A stretch of DNA of 10,732 nt from a virus (taxonomy: Duplodnaviria > Heunggongvirae > Uroviricota > Caudoviricetes), in IMG/VR virus record IMGVR_UViG_3300037067_004979, positions 1-10,732 of that record, one strand, 5' to 3'. The notes beneath the pieces are model-generated. The model saw only the letters and a program-made list of their open reading frames with translations. It was not told the origin of the DNA and did no database searches. Positions 6,329-10,732 of this stretch are shown here, one piece after another. The translations under genes were made by a program, and so were the position numbers. Position 1 is the stretch's first letter. Every line of letters starts with the position of its first letter.

Positions 6329-8110
6329 ATGAAGTTGCAGGAATTTGTACCAGATATTGCAAATACTGAGAAGCAACTTATCCAGTCAAATACCATGTTA
6401 AAAGACATGTATGATGGTATGGGTTTTAAGGGTTTCTTAAAATCTTCTTATGGTGGAAATCAGGGGATGAAATCAGCCATTAACTACATGGGTATTGAAC
6501 AATTATATTTTGATTGGTTAAGAACAGCATATGCTTACAGAAGGATGTTCATACAGGATCTCTATCTGTTAGCTTATGATACTACAGAGATTAGAACACC
6601 ACTACTGCATCTAAAGGGTGAGATATTCCGCAAGGGATTAGATGAGTGGCATGCTAAGTTTGTGACCAAGTGTAATAACTGTGGAAAGGAATATCAGGAA
6701 GACAAGGATAAGTGTGATAAGTGTGATGGTGACTCATTCTCCAAGCCAGACCCTGAGCAGTTAGAGGTATTTGATAAATTTAGAAAGGACTGCAACATAT
6801 TTCATCAAACACTAGATGATGTGTGTCAGATGACTTCTGATGACATCAATATTGTCGATGATTTTTATATCTGGATTAACAAGCAGTATCAATGGATTAG
6901 CAATAAGCTTCATAGTCGTGTTGTTGAGATCAGGAGAATACATCCTGCTCTGATAGAGATTGATCTTGATAAGAGTGGTTTACCAAGAAACTCTCACTGG
7001 ATCTGTCCATTCCACAGGGATGAGGCTTCAGTTAAGCCAGATAAGTGTAAGGAATGCGGTATTGATATGATACCTGCAATGTACATCTATAATCACAGGG
7101 GTAGGAGAGTATACCTGTTTGAGGATGAGATGGTACATAAGAGCAAGTTTTCCCCCAGTGAAACCTATGGTTACAGTCCACTACTTACTGTGATGCAAAA
7201 GGTGCTTACCATATCTGGTATGGATAGATTTCTATATAGATACTTCTTTGAGAGAAAGGCACCAACTGGTATGATCCTAACATATACTGATGATCCACAG
7301 TCTCTTGAGATAGAGAGAGCTAGGGTGGAGGCCAAGATGATGGAGGATCCAACATACATACCGTGGATTGCTGTATCTCAGAGAACAGGCCGTGGTAGAA
7401 CGGACTTTGTTAGATTGTTTCATACTCTACAAGAGATGGATTATCTCAACATTAGAAATGAGATAAGAGATAGAATATCAATGATCTATGGTGTCCCCCA
7501 GATATATATGAATGTCATGGAGGGAGTTGGTGGCTTGAGTGGCCAGTCTCAACAGTTGAAGATGTTTTCCAATGTTATTGAGGCTGATCAGAGAAGATAC
7601 AACGAGGATATATTCCCATATCTACTCAAGTTATTTAACATAACAGATTGGGAGATAAAACTGAGAACTCCTGAGGAGAAGATAGAATCTGTTATACTCC
7701 AACAGGCACAGCAGAAGGTTGGTATTGCCTCACAGATGAGAATGATTGGTTTTGATGTTGCACTTAAGTCTGGATCAAGTGATATATCCACACTGGACTT
7801 TGTCTTTAGTGGCACCCCACCATCAATGGAAGAGCAACAGATGATGGGTGGTGGTATGCCAATAGGCCAACCAGGTGTACCAGGAGTACCACAAGAAGCT
7901 GGAGGAGCTGTACCTATTGATGAAAATGGAAATCCAGTAGATCCAGCAGCACAACAAATTGGAGCACAAGTTAACAAAGCTCTTCCAATGCCCACACATC
8001 TACATCAACACGGGAATCATCCAGCACACCTTAGAAATCAGCCACACTGGCCAGATGAAAAACACAGATTAGAGGAATTACAGTATCTAGATGAGGATGA
8101 GGATTGGTAG
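6329..8110 (+). CDS. Portal protein with two Zn-ribbon insertions and a low-complexity C-terminal tail
   Basis: About 594 aa, downstream of TerL; portal-like motifs VHKSKFSPSETYGYSPL, ERKAPTGMIL, EMDYLNIRNEIRDRISMIYGVP. Track start is GTG 6320; ATG 6329 fits the SD spacing better. Confidence 0.88.
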   Translation: MKLQEFVPDIANTEKQLIQSNTMLKDMYDGMGFKGFLKSSYGGNQGMKSAINYMGIEQLYFDWLRTAYAYRRMFIQDLYLLAYDTTEIRTPLLHLKGEIFRKGLDEWHAKFVTKCNNCGKEYQEDKDKCDKCDGDSFSKPDPEQLEVFDKFRKDCNIFHQTLDDVCQMTSDDINIVDDFYIWINKQYQWISNKLHSRVVEIRRIHPALIEIDLDKSGLPRNSHWICPFHRDEASVKPDKCKECGIDMIPAMYIYNHRGRRVYLFEDEMVHKSKFSPSETYGYSPLLTVMQKVLTISGMDRFLYRYFFERKAPTGMILTYTDDPQSLEIERARVEAKMMEDPTYIPWIAVSQRTGRGRTDFVRLFHTLQEMDYLNIRNEIRDRISMIYGVPQIYMNVMEGVGGLSGQSQQLKMFSNVIEADQRRYNEDIFPYLLKLFNITDWEIKLRTPEEKIESVILQQAQQKVGIASQMRMIGFDVALKSGSSDISTLDFVFSGTPPSMEEQQMMGGGMPIGQPGVPGVPQEAGGAVPIDENGNPVDPAAQQIGAQVNKALPMPTHLHQHGNHPAHLRNQPHWPDEKHRLEELQYLDEDEDW

Positions 8111-8928
8111 CTGTACTTGATAGTAGTCCAATTCTTGATGTGCTAAAGCAACAGGTACAATCTGTATCTGCTATTGAAAAGATTGGCACATCAGAGACAA
8201 CTGGTGTTGAGGGGGTAAATCTATCTGTAAAGCTACATCTAGATAATGGAAAATCATATCTTTTTAAGCCACAGTATGGTGAGCATGTGTCATCCTGGAG
8301 ATACATACCACCCAAACAACTCTATCTAAGAGAAAAGGCAGCATATATCATAGATTGTATTTTGGGATTTAACATGGTTCCACAGGTGAGGATTGCTAGA
8401 TATCATGGCAAGGTTGGATCACTACAGTACTGGGTTGAGGATGCCTCCCCATCAGACGCAACTCTCAAGACATACTCTAGTGAGGATATCTGGAAGGCAG
8501 GTTTATTTGATATAATAATAGGCCAAACAGATAGACACTCAGGTAATTTCCTGACCAAGTTGAATAAGCCAATTCTCATTGACAACGGTTTTGCATTTCC
8601 TAGTTATGCCTCTAGTGAATCAAAGAGAAGCCTAATACTATCAAGATTTGCTTATGCCATATTTGACAAGCCAATAACTAGAGAATTATGTAGAGTAATA
8701 GACAGGTTAAATGCTGATTATGTTAAGAAAAGGTTATCTAGATATCTTGGAAAAAAGTCTCTTGGTTTAATGTATGAGAGGTTGAATGAAATGATTGATA
8801 GAGGCAAAGCCTCATGTCATAAGTATAAGGTTATTCGCAAGCTAGAACATGTGCCTAAGGATGAGATAAAGGCAAATATCATCAAAAATATTTACAGGCT
8901 AGGTGGTTTTAGTGTATATTACCTGTGA
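8104..8928 (+). CDS. PI3K/PI4K-like (PI3_PI4_kinase / SCO1664-like) atypical kinase
   Basis: GVNLS loop, LFKP Lys (8266-8268), LREKAAY Glu helix, GSLQ.WV hinge, catalytic DRHSGN (8530-8547), metal-binding IDNG (8578-8589). Confidence 0.85.
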   Translation: MVAVLDSSPILDVLKQQVQSVSAIEKIGTSETTGVEGVNLSVKLHLDNGKSYLFKPQYGEHVSSWRYIPPKQLYLREKAAYIIDCILGFNMVPQVRIARYHGKVGSLQYWVEDASPSDATLKTYSSEDIWKAGLFDIIIGQTDRHSGNFLTKLNKPILIDNGFAFPSYASSESKRSLILSRFAYAIFDKPITRELCRVIDRLNADYVKKRLSRYLGKKSLGLMYERLNEMIDRGKASCHKYKVIRKLEHVPKDEIKANIIKNIYRLGGFSVYYL

Positions 8929-9058
8929 TAAGTGTGGTAAAACAAATCACTTATCTTTATGGAAGAGAATATCTGGTTCATTATTTATGTGCCCAAATTG
9001 TGGGAATACACAGAGGGTGTATTTTTTAGATAGAATAGAAAAGGAGGTTTTGTCATGA
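8912..9058 (+). CDS. 48-aa Zn-ribbon protein; not in ORF track
   Basis: MYITCDKCGKTNHLSLWKRISGSLFMCPNCGNTQRVYFLDRIEKEVLS*; GTG start after AGGTGG (8901-8906); TGA overlaps the ATG of the next gene. Confidence 0.75.
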   Translation: MYITCDKCGKTNHLSLWKRISGSLFMCPNCGNTQRVYFLDRIEKEVLS

Positions 9059-9450
9059 TGGAATTATCCACCGCTTTACCTGCAACCATTATGGGGGACT
9101 ATATGCTTAATTTTCCCGTGTCATCTGGGACTACCAATTATCACTATATAAATAACTATACAGATGAACAGGATGATGAGGAACAGAGATTTAAGAAGGT
9201 TGTGGCTTTTAATGGTCTAAAGATACTAGAAGTTGTTGAAGAGGAAGATGGTTTTCACATACTTTGTGATAGGAGAGGTAAACAATGCACACTAAGAATT
9301 TGGCTGGATCAAATAGAGCTCACAGATTCTAATGGAGATATATTATTTAGGATGGTGAAACATCTTCCTAAGGTGACATCAACCATTAGTAATTGGACTA
9401 TATATGATTCTAATACAGGAGGTTATACTAGTGCCAGCACCAATATCTAG
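9055..9450 (+). CDS. Hypothetical protein (acidic patch, predicted beta-rich core)
   Basis: Strong SD AAGGAGGT just upstream; ATGA overlap with the upstream ORF; no recognisable motif. Confidence 0.7.
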   Translation: MMELSTALPATIMGDYMLNFPVSSGTTNYHYINNYTDEQDDEEQRFKKVVAFNGLKILEVVEEEDGFHILCDRRGKQCTLRIWLDQIELTDSNGDILFRMVKHLPKVTSTISNWTIYDSNTGGYTSASTNI

Positions 9451-10096
9451 ATTAAGAAAGGATGAGATCCTTAAACTTGCTAAGGGCAGATGCAAACACG
9501 GACACTCTTACCTTGAACACTATCAGTGTTATAAGAATGATGTAGAGGATACTGAGAGGGTTGGGTTTATTGATATAGAGTCTTCTAACCTAAAGGCTAA
9601 CTTTGGTATTATGCTTTCTTACTGTATCAAGATTCGTGGTAGTGATGAGATCCTATTTGATGTGATAACTGAGAAGGATATGCATTGTGGTGAGTTAGAC
9701 AAGAGAATAGTCAAGCACTGTATAGAGGACATGAAGAAGTTTGATAGGTTGATAGGACACTACTCAACCAAGTTTGACATACCATATATTAGAACTAGGG
9801 CTCTTATTCTTGGTTTGGATTTTCCTGAGTATGGTGATATAAATCACACCGATACTTATTATATGGCTAAGCACAAGCTATGCCTATCTAGTAATAGACA
9901 GAATGTTGTGGCTGAGGCTGTACAGGGTGAGGATATCAAGTCTAGGATAGAACCAAAGTATTGGATTCCAGCTCTACAAGGTAACAAGAAAGCTCTAGAT
10001 TACATTCTTGATCACAATAAGAGAGACGTATTACAACTTGAGGGTAACTACAATAAGTTAGAGAGATTTGTTCGTAGAATAAATAAGAGTATTTAG
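9431..10096 (+). CDS. DEDD 3'-5' exonuclease, RNase_H_2/YprB-like, with N-terminal C-H-H-H-C motif
   Basis: ExoI FIDIES (Asp 9572, Glu 9578), ExoII GHYSTKFDIP, ExoIII YILDHNKRDV. GTG 9431 after GGAGGT is preferred over the track start at 9404. Confidence 0.85.
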   Translation: MPAPISRLRKDEILKLAKGRCKHGHSYLEHYQCYKNDVEDTERVGFIDIESSNLKANFGIMLSYCIKIRGSDEILFDVITEKDMHCGELDKRIVKHCIEDMKKFDRLIGHYSTKFDIPYIRTRALILGLDFPEYGDINHTDTYYMAKHKLCLSSNRQNVVAEAVQGEDIKSRIEPKYWIPALQGNKKALDYILDHNKRDVLQLEGNYNKLERFVRRINKSI

Positions 10097-10127
10097 TATT
10101 AACTGGGTAAGAGTATATAATGATATA
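10097..10127 (+). promoter_or_regulatory. Putative promoter for a leaderless transcript
   Basis: TATAAT at 10116-10121 lies at -12..-7 relative to the A of ATG 10128; no SD before this gene; only a weak -35 match. Confidence 0.3.
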
Positions 10128-10529
10128 ATGGCTAATTTAAGAATATCAAAAAACATGATTAGAGAAGCTGTTGTGATATCAATAAGAAATACAGTGAGTA
10201 GAGCTTGGAGAGGTACACAACAGAGTGTGCCAGTTGATACTGGAAAGTTAAAGAGAACAGCATTTACATCTAACCTAGAAAATGGTGCTATGATAAAGTA
10301 TGTACAGCCATATTCATCATTTGTAGAGAGGGGTTTAACTGCTAAGTTTGTTGATGTTAGAGGATACTGGCATCCAAATGGTTACTATGCCAAGGCACAC
10401 AGAAGATGGCAACCAGAGAGAAAACCAGTTAAGTTTATAGAAAAGCCAATGAGAAAGGAGTTTAGTGGATTGGCTAATACCTTTGATTCAGAATTAAGGC
10501 GGGTTTTTGTTAAGGTAAGGAGGGTATGA
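10128..10529 (+). CDS. HK97-gp10-like neck/tail-completion protein
   Basis: Signature VPVDTGKL, YSSFVERG and P.KFI motifs; 133 aa, basic. Confidence 0.75.
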   Translation: MANLRISKNMIREAVVISIRNTVSRAWRGTQQSVPVDTGKLKRTAFTSNLENGAMIKYVQPYSSFVERGLTAKFVDVRGYWHPNGYYAKAHRRWQPERKPVKFIEKPMRKEFSGLANTFDSELRRVFVKVRRV

Positions 10530-10732
10530 AAATGGATGATTATTTAAGAGTAACGTTGGTTAATCGAATAGTTGAGTGTGTTGATCTATCAATATCAGAG
10601 GATAAGGTAGATTCTGTTAGAAATCTATTGGAGAGACATGCAAAGGATCTGTTGATTCAAATAAAGGATTCCAAGGATAAGGATGTTGTTAAGTCAAAGT
10701 TTTCTAACTTTATTAATAAGTCACTGAGTACA
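10526..10732 (+). CDS. Hypothetical protein, truncated by the window end; not in ORF track
   Basis: MKMDDYLRVTLVNRIVECVDLSISEDKVDSVRNLLERHAKDLLIQIKDSKDKDVVKSKFSNFINKSLST...; open to the end; AAGGAGG SD; ATGA overlap (start 10526 or 10532). Confidence 0.7.
   Translation, partial: MKMDDYLRVTLVNRIVECVDLSISEDKVDSVRNLLERHAKDLLIQIKDSKDKDVVKSKFSNFINKSLST

Larger units (their letters stand above)
1..10732 (+). mobile_element. Segment of a tailed dsDNA virus/prophage genome (packaging and head module plus accessory genes)
   Basis: TerS-like, TerL, portal and HK97-gp10-like genes in the usual order; unidirectional, tightly overlapping small ORFs; no host housekeeping genes. No integrase or att site in the window, so free virus versus prophage is undetermined. 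Confidence 0.95.

Noticed and set aside
3186-8110. Intein or intron in TerL or portal
   Set aside because: Lengths are normal, and no intein splice-junction or LAGLIDADG motifs or frame breaks were seen.
8095-8112. Portal-kinase fusion by programmed frameshift or TAG readthrough
   Set aside because: The kinase frame has a TGA at 8098-8100, one codon before its start, there is no slippery heptamer, and readthrough of the portal TAG would add only about 11 codons.
264-8585. All minus-strand ORFs in the track (264-455, 341-553, 1631-1963, 1671-1862, 2422-2844, 3851-4117, 4794-5087, 5017-5217, 5966-6235, 7171-7359, 7588-7995, 8031-8315, 8403-8585)
   Set aside because: They lie wholly opposite well-supported + strand genes, are Ser/Phe/Leu/Ile-rich as expected for shadows of a purine-rich strand, and show no recognisable motifs.
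8104-8928. HipA/HipT toxin-antitoxin kinase
   Set aside because: The motifs are DRHxGN and IDNG (PI3K/PI4K-like), not the HipA DxHxKN and P(A)YD pattern, and no HipB-like HTH gene is adjacent.
10084-10116. Direct repeat TAAGAGTAT x2 (10084-10092, 10108-10116)
   Set aside because: Only two short AT-rich copies, one of them in coding sequence; too weak to call an operator.
1-10732. CRISPR array, tRNA/rRNA, DGR template/variable repeats, integrase or att sites, Rho-independent terminators
   Set aside because: No regular repeat-spacer pattern, cloverleaf, long adenine-mismatched repeat pair, recombinase motif or GC hairpin with a U-tract was found, and there is almost no non-coding space.

Overview
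A 10.7 kb, AT-rich segment of a tailed dsDNA virus or prophage (Caudoviricetes) with all credible genes on the + strand. It covers the DNA-packaging and head-morphogenesis region: a probable terminase small subunit (2234-2806), terminase large subunit (3186-4841), portal (about 6329-8110) and an HK97-gp10-like neck/tail-completion gene (10128-10529). These are interleaved with a YfdR-like HD phosphohydrolase, a PI3K/PI4K-like kinase overlapping the portal stop, a DEDD/YprB-like exonuclease and many small Cys/His-rich proteins. I count 24 ORFs, four of them missing from the supplied track (11-202, 934-1107, 8912-9058, 10526->10732). They form three overlap-coupled chains separated by only two real gaps (6257-6328, 10097-10127). 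The most notable points are: (1) an intact-looking PI3/4-kinase-like gene in the slot right after the portal, heading a kinase/Zn-ribbon/unknown/exonuclease cassette where head-maturation genes are normally expected; (2) a dispersed family of at least five small Zn-finger proteins sharing an MLxxL motif after the last metal ligand; (3) Zn-ribbon additions to both portal and TerL; (4) strong CpG depletion. The host domain (bacterial or archaeal) cannot be settled from this window. All family assignments come from motif recognition by eye, not database searches.
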